Assembly (NCBI GenBank): GCA_035700865.1
Contig: DASSOH010000008.1
Span: 1-54,869 of the forward strand
Origin: Candidatus Limnocylindria bacterium
Lineage (GTDB): Bacteria > Chloroflexota > Limnocylindria > QHBO01
Reading direction: 5' to 3'
DNA length: 54,869 bases
Shown here: in pieces, positions 8,750 through 16,282 of the stretch
Numbering within the stretch: position 1 is the stretch's first letter
Layout: each line of letters begins with the position of its first letter
Notes under the pieces: model-generated
What the model was told of the DNA's origin: nothing
The model's database searches: none
The model's input: the letters and a program-made list of their open reading frames with translations, nothing else
Translations under genes and position numbers: made by a program

Positions 8750-9781
8750 TCAGCCCTCCGACCGCGGCTCGGCTGCCTCCAGGTTGGCGAGCGGGACGAT
8801 GGCGGTGCGGGCATCGTCGAAGCGGACCAGGCCCGAGCGCGCCGCCACCCCGGAGGGGGCGGCGTAGGTCCCGGGCAGCTCGCGCAGCAGGATGCCCGTC
8901 GCGCCGGCCGATGGGCGCCGGTGGGCGATGACCCGATCCCCCGGTCGCGGCAGCGCGCGGCGCCCCGGCATCGGCTCCGCGTCGTACACGTACAGGCGCG
9001 CGCCATCTCCGAAGAGGCTGGCCATCCGGCCGTCGTGCGCGCGGAACCAGGCGAAGAGCGCCGGATCGAAGCTCGTCTTGCCGTACCCCTCGAGCAGCAG
9101 GATCGAGAAGGCGCCCCGCGCACCGCCGATCTGCCGGCGGCGCCGCTGAGCCGCCTCGAAGTCGCGGAGCTCCTTGTCCAGGGCGCCGGCGAGCACGATG
9201 CCGGCGACGCCCATGGCGCGTGCGCGCGTCAGCGTCTCGGCCGACGCGCGCGAGCCGCCGACCAGGATCCGCCCGGTGGCCCCCACGTCGATGGCGCCGG
9301 CGCGGAGCTCCTCGCCGGGCTCGTGGACGGCCACACGCAACTCACCGTGCACGGCCGCGCCGCTCCCCGCGATGCCGGTGACCAGCGCGCCATCGACGCG
9401 GATCTCGACGGCATCGGCGCCGACGCTCGCCACCTCGCCGCGCACGTGGCCCAGGATCGGCTCGGTCGGGCCGAGCGGAGCCACCAGGGCGGTGCCGTCA
9501 TCGGCGTCGTAGGCCAGGAAGAGACCGGCGTCGGCGATGCGAACCTCGCGCGACCCGTGCCGCGCCAGCAGGCCATCGGCCTCCAGCACGGAGCCCGGCG
9601 TCACCTCCAGCGCGGCCCGCGCGTCGGCGGCCGAGCACCGCAGCGGGACGGCCACCGGGATCGTCACCCCGGGCCCCGGCGGTCGCCGCGTGGCCAGCAC
9701 CTCGGCCGGCTCGACGCGGTGCCCGGCCTCGACCAGCACACTCGCGCCGACGGGCAGGCGGACGCGGTGGACCGCGCTCAC
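8750..9781 (-). CDS. hypothetical protein, 343 aa, last gene of the alr-tsaE insert operon; N-terminus resembles a barrel-sandwich hybrid (lipoyl/RnfC-N-like) motif
   Basis: High GC3 and balanced composition from VSAVHRVRLPVGASVLVEAGHRVEPAEVLA onward. The GTG at 9779-9781 overlaps the TGA of the upstream gene (GTGA). The rest of the 870-aa track ORF is Arg/Gly-rich and out of phase with the real upstream gene. Confidence 0.75.
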   Translation of the reverse strand: MSAVHRVRLPVGASVLVEAGHRVEPAEVLATRRPPGPGVTIPVAVPLRCSAADARAALEVTPGSVLEADGLLARHGSREVRIADAGLFLAYDADDGTALVAPLGPTEPILGHVRGEVASVGADAVEIRVDGALVTGIAGSGAAVHGELRVAVHEPGEELRAGAIDVGATGRILVGGSRASAETLTRARAMGVAGIVLAGALDKELRDFEAAQRRRRQIGGARGAFSILLLEGYGKTSFDPALFAWFRAHDGRMASLFGDGARLYVYDAEPMPGRRALPRPGDRVIAHRRPSAGATGILLRELPGTYAAPSGVAARSGLVRFDDARTAIVPLANLEAAEPRSEG

Positions 9782-11412
9782 GCCAGATGCTCCGTCGACG
9801 GTGACGTCTCGCGGCCCAGCGCATCGCGCCAGGCGGCGAGCACCGCACGCCGATCGTCCGCTCGGCGCGGCAGCTGCACCGGCACGCCCCGCGCGTCCAG
9901 CACGAGGCCGACGGCCCCGCCGGTGGCGGTGGCCGTGATGCGCGGCGATCGCCGCGGCGCCCCGATGCTCACGCCCTCCCCCATCTCGATGCTGAGCTCC
10001 GCGGTCTGACCCGGCGGCAGCGGCACGACCTGCAGCTGCCCGACGCGCAGCTCGATCGGCGACGACGCCGGCCACCCCGAGCGGTGAACGGTCACCCGCA
10101 TCGCCGGCCTGCCCGCGTCGCCACCGCGGGTCACGACGGTCGTGCCGAGCGGGACCAGGAGGTCCTCGGCGAGGAGGCCGATGCCCTCGCCGATCTCGGC
10201 GTCCGGGAGCGAGCCGAGCGGACCGAGCGTCGCGGCGGGGTCGATCGCGACCTGCGTGACACCCAGCGGCCGGACGCCGTCCAGCAGGATGCGCAGCGCC
10301 TGTGCCGGATGGGGCGCCGCCGCGATGGTCCGCCCCGCGCCGACCAGCAGGTCCAGCGGGCCGACGCCGCCCTCCTCGATGAGGGCCGCGGCCTGGAGCC
10401 GTGCCGCCACCTGCGTGGCGTGGAGCTCCTCCGCCGTCTCGGGCAGCGTCGCCGGTCGCGCGGCGAGGGTCTGGAGCACGTCGGCGATGGCGGCGTCGTC
10501 CCCGGCGTCCCCGGCCAGCCGCGCGACGCGGGCGGCGGCGCCGGGCATCGCCGCGAGCCCGGCAAGGCCGCCCTGGGCATGCACGCGCGTCGCGAGCGTG
10601 CCGTCCGGCTCGGCCAGGGCTCGCACCGCGGCGCGCGCCCCGACGTCGACGGCGAGCACGCGCAGCCGGCTGCGGGACGCCAGCGCGGCCACCGCGCGCG
10701 GGAAGCTCATGGCGGCCAGGTTCGTCTCCGGCTCGCCGCCGCCGATGGCGGCGATGAGGTCCTGCAGGTGCTCCCGCAGCGCGTCCGGTGTCTCGCGGCG
10801 TCCGTCCGGCCGGGGGTTCGGGACGCTCGTCACCGAACCGGGCTCGAAGAGCGCCTCGACCTCCTGGGCCAGATCCGCGCTGCCGGCCCACACCACCGGC
10901 CCGCCATCCGGCCGCCTGGCGGCGGCGGCAAGCGCGGCCGCCTCCAGCGCGCGCGGGCTGCGCGTGCCGTCGAAGCCCCCGGCCAGCAGCCACGCGTCCA
11001 CCTCGGCCTGCTGCAGCAACGAGAGCCGATCGGCGAGCGAGCGGCCGTCGTCCAGGCTCACGACGTCGACCACGCTCCAGCCGGCCGCCTCCGCCGCGCG
11101 CCGAGCCGCGCCCCCGGAGAGCTCGCGCGACACGGCCACCACCACCAGCCGGCGAGGCTGCCGCGCCGTGTGGCACTCGATGCGCGGCGCGCCCGCCACC
11201 AGCTCGTCCAGCCGGTCGACGAGTCGCGCGTCGGCCGCCTCCGCCAAGCGCTCCACCAGCGAGCGCCGCAGCTCGGCGGCGCCCCACGCCGTCGGTTGCG
11301 CCGCGTGGGCCACCACCCGCCACCGGCCGCGGACCACGCCGATCGCCGACGCCTTGGCCCACGCGGAGCCCACGTCCAGCAGCAGGGCGAGCTCGGCGTC
11401 CACCACCGTCAT
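9778..11412 (-). CDS. GlmL/MutL-like ASKHA (actin/HSP70-fold) ATPase family protein, 544 aa
   Basis: The N-terminus LLLDVGSAWAKASAIG matches the phosphate-1 motif of glutamate mutase L (DFGSTYTKVTAV). A second DVG motif (VLAVDVGARAAV) occurs mid-protein. The ATG at 11410-11412 overlaps the upstream TGA (ATGA). GC3 is very high. Confidence 0.7.
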   Translation of the reverse strand: MTVVDAELALLLDVGSAWAKASAIGVVRGRWRVVAHAAQPTAWGAAELRRSLVERLAEAADARLVDRLDELVAGAPRIECHTARQPRRLVVVAVSRELSGGAARRAAEAAGWSVVDVVSLDDGRSLADRLSLLQQAEVDAWLLAGGFDGTRSPRALEAAALAAAARRPDGGPVVWAGSADLAQEVEALFEPGSVTSVPNPRPDGRRETPDALREHLQDLIAAIGGGEPETNLAAMSFPRAVAALASRSRLRVLAVDVGARAAVRALAEPDGTLATRVHAQGGLAGLAAMPGAAARVARLAGDAGDDAAIADVLQTLAARPATLPETAEELHATQVAARLQAAALIEEGGVGPLDLLVGAGRTIAAAPHPAQALRILLDGVRPLGVTQVAIDPAATLGPLGSLPDAEIGEGIGLLAEDLLVPLGTTVVTRGGDAGRPAMRVTVHRSGWPASSPIELRVGQLQVVPLPPGQTAELSIEMGEGVSIGAPRRSPRITATATGGAVGLVLDARGVPVQLPRRADDRRAVLAAWRDALGRETSPSTEHLA

Positions 11413-12053
11413 CCGCCGATCCTCAACCAGTCGCCCAGCAGGAATCCGATGCGGTCGAGCAGCAGGATCAACCGCGAGAACAGCAGGTAGCCGAACCAGC
11501 CGCCGATGCCGGCGAGCAGGAGCCAGCGCCCCGCGCTGGCCGCCGGTCGCAGGAGCCGCCCGCGCGGCACGCCGCGCACGAAGCTGAGGAGCACGAGCAC
11601 CGTGATCACGCCGGCCGCGACCGTCGCGATCGTCGTCGCCACGTCCTCGCCACCGCGCACGCTGACCGCCGCCAGCTGCGGCAGGAGGGTTCCCACCACC
11701 GCGCCGCCGAGGGCGAACGCCGCCAGCGCCCCGATGGCCACCGACAGCGGGACGGCTCCCACCGCCCGCGGCAGCCACGGTGCCCCGGTCGCCGCGCCGA
11801 CCAGCGCGACCGCGAGCCACAGCTCCGGGCGTCCGCCCGGATCGGCCATGAGCGGCGCGACCACGCGCGGCACCAGCAGCTCGGTGATGACGATGAGCGC
11901 CAGGAAGCCGGTCGCCAGCCCGGCGAGCAGGTGCTGCGACCAGCCGAACAGCCGTCGCTCGCCCAGCAGTCCACCGAGCACCACCAGGGTCGCCGCCGCG
12001 GCCACCCAGGTGGCGATCGCGTCGGCCGGCGTGGCACCGAAGAAGCCGGTCAT
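11409..12053 (-). CDS. polytopic integral membrane protein (about 6 TM), 214 aa, unknown function
   Basis: There are six hydrophobic stretches (for example AIATWVAAAATLVVLGGLL and WLLLAGIGGWFGYLLFSRLILLL). The ATG at 12051-12053 overlaps the upstream TGA (ATGA). Confidence 0.75.
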   Translation of the reverse strand: MTGFFGATPADAIATWVAAAATLVVLGGLLGERRLFGWSQHLLAGLATGFLALIVITELLVPRVVAPLMADPGGRPELWLAVALVGAATGAPWLPRAVGAVPLSVAIGALAAFALGGAVVGTLLPQLAAVSVRGGEDVATTIATVAAGVITVLVLLSFVRGVPRGRLLRPAASAGRWLLLAGIGGWFGYLLFSRLILLLDRIGFLLGDWLRIGG

Positions 12054-12898
12054 GCCGCCTCCGTCCGCGGCCCAGGGGGCGTGCGTGCAGCGTCGGACCG
12101 TCCGCCACGTCGGACCAGGGCCGCGAGCAGCACGCCGATGGCGACCACCAGGCCGACGGCCACGCCGGTTCGGCTCGGCTCGCGCGGCTCGAGGAACCGA
12201 TCCAGCCGCTCGACGTCGAGCGTGGCCCGGTACGCGGCCCCGTCGCGTGGCGTGCCCAGCAGCGCGTCGACCTGGCCGGTGGCCAGGTACGGCCGCAGCT
12301 CGGGCAGCAGGATCGTCGGCGCCACGGCCAGCAGTGGCAGGCCCGGGACGCGCGGCAGCACCTGCTCGACCCATGCTCGCGGCCCGAGGTCGTTGCCGCC
12401 CACGACGACGATGGCCTGGGCCCCGGCCAGGCCATCGGTGGCGAGCACGCCGGCCAGGGCGCCGTCCGCCTCGATCGGCAGGCCGGCGCGCGTGAGGCGC
12501 ACCAGGGCCGCCTCGGCGCCCGGCACGAAGCCGAGGTCCAGGATGCGACGCGCGTTCACCGTGCCGCGCTGCAGCCGGTCCAGCTCCGCGAGGGCCAGGG
12601 CGCGGCCCTCCGGCGTGACGCTGACGATCGCCAGGCTCGCCTGGCGGTAGAGCAGGTCGGCCAGCAGCGCCCGGACGGTCGGGCGGATCTCGGCGTAGGT
12701 GCCGAGGTCCGGGTCGAAACCCACCACCACGGTCGATCGCGGCGGCAGCGCGTCCAGCGCCTGCGTCATGCGATCGGCCTCGGTGGTGTTCGACGACGCA
12801 AGCCGAAGCCACCCGACCGACGGCGCCAGCCACGCGACCGCCAGCAGCAGGAGCAGCAGCAGGGGTGCCAGGCGGATCGCCAGCAGGCGGTCACTCAT
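12050..12898 (-). CDS. bitopic membrane protein: N-terminal signal-anchor, about 200-aa extracytoplasmic domain, C-terminal TM; unknown function
   Basis: MSDRLLAIRLAPLLLLLLLAVAWLAP at the N-terminus and TGVAVGLVVAIGVLLAALV near the C-terminus. ATG at 12896-12898 (alternative GTG at 12907), overlapping the upstream stop by 8 nt. Confidence 0.72.
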   Translation of the reverse strand: MSDRLLAIRLAPLLLLLLLAVAWLAPSVGWLRLASSNTTEADRMTQALDALPPRSTVVVGFDPDLGTYAEIRPTVRALLADLLYRQASLAIVSVTPEGRALALAELDRLQRGTVNARRILDLGFVPGAEAALVRLTRAGLPIEADGALAGVLATDGLAGAQAIVVVGGNDLGPRAWVEQVLPRVPGLPLLAVAPTILLPELRPYLATGQVDALLGTPRDGAAYRATLDVERLDRFLEPREPSRTGVAVGLVVAIGVLLAALVRRGGRSDAARTPPGPRTEAA

Positions 12899-13508
12899 CT
12901 CCGGCACCGATGCCGAGCATGGTGCGCGCCGCCACCACGGCGCCCAGGATGGCGATGCCCAGCAGCAGGCCCCGGAAGACGCCGCCGATGGGCACGGCCA
13001 GCGCCCACGCGGCCGCTCCGTCGAGCCAGCCGCCGGCCGTGCCCCCGACCGGCAGCAGGAGGACCAGGATCGCGACCGCCGCGAGGGCCATCACGATCGC
13101 CTCGCGGCTGCGCGCCGAGATCGAGCGCTGGAAGGCGAGCAGCGTGCTCACGAAGAGCAGCCCGAAGAGCGAGGCACCCAGCGGCACGAGCAGGGCGTTC
13201 AGGATCCACAGCACCGCCGGATCGGAGGCGCCGCTCGCGCCGGGCCGCAGCCCCGCCAGGAGCACGGCCGCCATGCCCGCCAGCACGAGCACCGCGCCGA
13301 CCGGATCGCCGCGTCGGCGCCACAGGTCGCCGGCGCGACGGACGGCCAGGGCGGCGACCGCGGCCAGGGCCGCGCCGGCGGAGACGAGGATCGCCGCGTC
13401 CACGACGATCCCGGCCAGCTCGCCGAGGGACGCGTTGACGACGAGGTAATCGACGAGCAGGAGCAGGCCGGCGACGACGACCAGCGCCGGAATCGTGGCG
13501 CGTCTCAC
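12891..13508 (-). CDS. polytopic integral membrane protein (about 6 TM), 205 aa, unknown function
   Basis: There are six hydrophobic stretches (IPALVVVAGLLLLVDYLVV ... GLLLGIAILGAVVAA). The GTG at 13506-13508 overlaps the upstream TGA (GTGA). Confidence 0.75.
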   Translation of the reverse strand: MRRATIPALVVVAGLLLLVDYLVVNASLGELAGIVVDAAILVSAGAALAAVAALAVRRAGDLWRRRGDPVGAVLVLAGMAAVLLAGLRPGASGASDPAVLWILNALLVPLGASLFGLLFVSTLLAFQRSISARSREAIVMALAAVAILVLLLPVGGTAGGWLDGAAAWALAVPIGGVFRGLLLGIAILGAVVAARTMLGIGAGDE

Positions 13509-14356
13509 CCGCCGCTGGTCCCGAGCAGGAACGGCACCAGGTCCACGACGTCCAGCAGCGCCAGCACGCTGACCAGGATGGCCACCAACACGGCCATGGC
13601 GATGAGCCGGTTCGCCGCCGTCACCGCCGTGCGCTCCTCGACGACGGCGCCGAGGTCGGCGGCGACCTGGAACGGCTCCGGGCCGACGAGGCCGTCCGGC
13701 GAGGCGAGGAGGACCGTCCCCGCCTGCGACGCCTCCGCGGTCCCGGCGGTCAGGGACCCGGCCGTCCCTCGCAGGCCGGCCAGGTGGAGCTGCGCCTCCT
13801 CGCGCAGGCTGCCGATCGCGATGGCCGCTGCCGGGCGCGCTCGCGCGGTGAGGGGCAGGCCGGCCGCCACGCCGCGGCCCTCGCCCACCATCACCACCCT
13901 CGAGCGCCCGACGCGCTCCTCGGTCGACGTCCGCCGATGGGCGGCATCGATGGTCACCTCCGCGACCACGCCGGCGAGCGGATCGTTGGTCAGGACGCGC
14001 AACGGCACGCCGCTGCGCGCGGCCGCGCGCGCGACGTGATCCAGCACCGGCATGGCGGCCAGGGTCTGGAGCCGCGCCAGCGCATCGGTCGAGCGGGCGA
14101 TCCCGGCGGCGCCGATCGACACGACCGCATCCGTCCCGGCCTCCGCGGCCAGCGCCATGGCGCGGCCGATGGCGCCCAGCCCACCGGCGTCGCCCGACGT
14201 CCAGCGCGTCACCGGACGAGCCACCAGCTGCAGCAGGACGAGGAGGATGCCGAGCACGACCAGCGTCGGGCCCACCTCGAAGCGCAGCGAGGAGGCGCTC
14301 AGCACCTCGCTGACGAAGCCGAGGACCTCGCCGACCAGGTCAGCGGGGCTCGGCAC
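13505..14356 (-). CDS. bitopic membrane protein: TM near the N-terminus, about 200-aa central domain, C-terminal TM; unknown function
   Basis: GPTLVVLGILLVLLQLV near the N-terminus and NRLIAMAVLVAILVSVLALL near the C-terminus. The GTG at 14354-14356 overlaps the upstream small gene by 17 nt, so the start is less certain. Confidence 0.7.
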   Translation of the reverse strand: MPSPADLVGEVLGFVSEVLSASSLRFEVGPTLVVLGILLVLLQLVARPVTRWTSGDAGGLGAIGRAMALAAEAGTDAVVSIGAAGIARSTDALARLQTLAAMPVLDHVARAAARSGVPLRVLTNDPLAGVVAEVTIDAAHRRTSTEERVGRSRVVMVGEGRGVAAGLPLTARARPAAAIAIGSLREEAQLHLAGLRGTAGSLTAGTAEASQAGTVLLASPDGLVGPEPFQVAADLGAVVEERTAVTAANRLIAMAVLVAILVSVLALLDVVDLVPFLLGTSGG

Positions 14357-14600
14357 GCGATCGCTCCAGCTCGTCGAGCCCGTCGGTCAGCCGTTGCAGC
14401 GCAGCCTCGTCCGCCATGAATCGCGCCAGACCGCCGGTCCGCGACCCGCCGATCGCGCGGAGCAGCGGGCCCACGGCGGCACCGAGGTCCGACAGGAGTG
14501 GCGCCATGGGTCGGTGGGACTCGGCGAGGAGCCGCGCCGGCTCCGTCAGTCCGCGCGCGTCGAGGGCGCGCGCCAGGCGCTCCGCGGCATGGTCGCTCAT
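14340..14600 (-). CDS. small (86 aa) predicted helical protein, unknown function
   Basis: MSDHAAERLARALDARGLTEPARLLAESH... The ATG at 14598-14600 overlaps the macro-domain gene TGA (ATGA). The 707-aa track ORF upstream of this Met is Arg/Gly-rich and overlaps alr and the macro gene in other frames. Confidence 0.6.
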   Translation of the reverse strand: MSDHAAERLARALDARGLTEPARLLAESHRPMAPLLSDLGAAVGPLLRAIGGSRTGGLARFMADEAALQRLTDGLDELERSRAEPR

Positions 14601-15118
14601 CGGATTCCGGCGCGGTGGGCGGCCAGCACGGCCGCCACGGCGCGCGTCTCCGCCACGTTCCCAGTGGCGATGACGACCGACTCCAGCGGTTCGGTGGCCG
14701 CGTCGTACAGCGTGGCGACCAGGACCTCGGCCGCCTCGGACGGATCGAATGCGCCGTGCTCGGTGCCGAGGAGCGAGAAGGCCACGCGGCGCAGCTGAAG
14801 CGGCGCCACGAAGGCCAGCGCGGACCGCACGCCGCTGCGCAGCTGCTCCGGATCCGCGCGACGGTCGTGCCCGACCGCGACCGCATGGATGACGTACGCG
14901 GCCGCCAGCGAGCCGGCGGTGGTGGCGATCGCCGTGCCGGGGGCGATCGGTCCCTGCTCGACGGCCGCGCGCTCGATCTCCGCGCCTCCATGACGGGCGA
15001 TCGACGCGGCGGCGCCCGCGTTCATGAAGAGGGACTCGGTCGCGCCCACGACGAGCGCGTCCACCTCGAGCTCGGCGATCCCGCCCTGCCAGACGTCGAT
15101 CTCGATCGGTGCTGCCAT
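14597..15118 (-). CDS. macro domain protein (ADP-ribose-binding/Appr-1''-p processing fold) with divergent active-site motifs
   Basis: 173 aa. IDVWQGGIAELEVDALVVGATESL...NAGAAASIARHGG...AYVIHAVAVG...VAFSLLGTEHGAF aligns by eye to the macro-domain blocks GDIT..DAIVNAAN..GGGV..AI, YVIH.VGP and IAFP.ISTG. Confidence 0.75.
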   Translation of the reverse strand: MAAPIEIDVWQGGIAELEVDALVVGATESLFMNAGAAASIARHGGAEIERAAVEQGPIAPGTAIATTAGSLAAAYVIHAVAVGHDRRADPEQLRSGVRSALAFVAPLQLRRVAFSLLGTEHGAFDPSEAAEVLVATLYDAATEPLESVVIATGNVAETRAVAAVLAAHRAGIR

Positions 15119-15151
15119 CGCTCGGTCTCGCTCGGTGCCTCGCTTGGTCGG

Positions 15152-16282
15152 TCAACCGGCGCCGAGGTGGAGCCGTGGTAGGCGCCGCCGCAGCGCGGTG
15201 GTGACCTCGTAGTTGATCGTCCGCCGCTCGCCGGCCACCTCGTCGGCCGTGATCCGCGCGCCCCCCTGCTCGCCGATGAGGACGAACTCGTCGTCGTAGG
15301 TTACACCAGCCACCCCGCCCAGATCGACGGTCAGACCGTCCATGCTCACGGCCCCGACGATGGGGGCGCGCTGCCCGCGCACCAGCACCGAGCCGTTGTT
15401 CGCGTGCGCCCGTGGCCAGCCGTCGCCGTACCCGATGCCCAGCGTCGCGATGCGCGTCGGTCGCGCCGCCCGGTACCGCAGGCCGTAGCCGATCGCCTCG
15501 CCGGCGTCGAGGTCGAAGAGCCGCAGCGGGCGAGCCTTCAAGCTCAGCGCCGGCCGCAGTCCGATGTCTCGTTCGGTCACCCAGGACGGCAGCATCCCGT
15601 ACAGCGCCAGCCCGGGCCGCACCGCGTCGACCATGCGCACCACCTCGGCCACGATGTCGCCCGTCGCGCTGACGTGGACGAGCCCCGGGTCGATGCCGGC
15701 CGAGCGCATCGCATCGAGCGTGCGGGCCAGGCGCAGCAGCTGGACGTCGGTGTACGCGTCGTCCTCGCCGGGGACGGCGAGGTGGCTCATGGTCCCGGCC
15801 AGCGTCACCCGCGGCGACGCCGCAACCCGGGCGGCCAGCGTCAGCGCCTCCTCGGGCGTCGCGCCCTGGCGGCCGAGCCCCGTGTCGACCTTGACGTGGA
15901 CGCCGACCCGCGAGCCGGCCGCCTCGGCCGCCCGTTCCAGCCATCCGATGGCGCGCTCGTCGTAGACGATCGGCTCGAGGCCATGCGCGACGATCTCGTC
16001 CGCCTCCGTGGCGCCGATCCCCCACAGCACCAGCAGGGGCACGCCGATCCCGGCCTTCCGCAGCCCGATCGCCTCGTCGATGGTCGCGACCGCCAACCGC
16101 TCGACTCCCTCCGCCACGAGGGTTCGCGCGACCTCGACATCCCCGTGCCCGTACGCGTTCGCCTTGACCACGCCGATGACCGAGGCTCCGGGACTCAGGT
16201 CGCGCACGACGCGCAGGTTCTGGCGGATGGCCGCGTGGTCGACCTCGATCCACGCCCGGTGCGGGCTGCCGGGCTCCGTCAT
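15152..16282 (-). CDS. alr: alanine racemase
   Basis: PLP-Lys motif VVKANAYGHG, plus VKVDTGLGRQG and IGYGDGWPR. The ATG at 16280-16282 overlaps the nnrD TGA (ATGA). The upstream part of the 525-aa track ORF is junk. Confidence 0.93.
   Translation of the reverse strand: MTEPGSPHRAWIEVDHAAIRQNLRVVRDLSPGASVIGVVKANAYGHGDVEVARTLVAEGVERLAVATIDEAIGLRKAGIGVPLLVLWGIGATEADEIVAHGLEPIVYDERAIGWLERAAEAAGSRVGVHVKVDTGLGRQGATPEEALTLAARVAASPRVTLAGTMSHLAVPGEDDAYTDVQLLRLARTLDAMRSAGIDPGLVHVSATGDIVAEVVRMVDAVRPGLALYGMLPSWVTERDIGLRPALSLKARPLRLFDLDAGEAIGYGLRYRAARPTRIATLGIGYGDGWPRAHANNGSVLVRGQRAPIVGAVSMDGLTVDLGGVAGVTYDDEFVLIGEQGGARITADEVAGERRTINYEVTTALRRRLPRLHLGAG

Noticed and set aside
14597-15118. The macro domain as the antitoxin of a DarT/DarG-type toxin-antitoxin pair.
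   Set aside because: There is no DarT-like (DUF4433, about 200 aa) partner. The adjacent gene encodes only 86 aa and is followed by membrane proteins, and the gene is embedded in a housekeeping operon.
8750-15118. The eight-gene insert as a horizontally acquired genomic island or mobile element.
   Set aside because: There is no integrase, transposase, flanking tRNA or direct repeats. GC content and third-position bias are indistinguishable from the flanking core genes, and the insert is apparently co-transcribed with alr.
15119-15151. TTGACC overlapping the alr stop as a promoter for the macro-domain operon.
   Set aside because: The sequence 17 nt downstream is AGCGAG, not a -10-like hexamer. 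The operon more likely reads through from alr.
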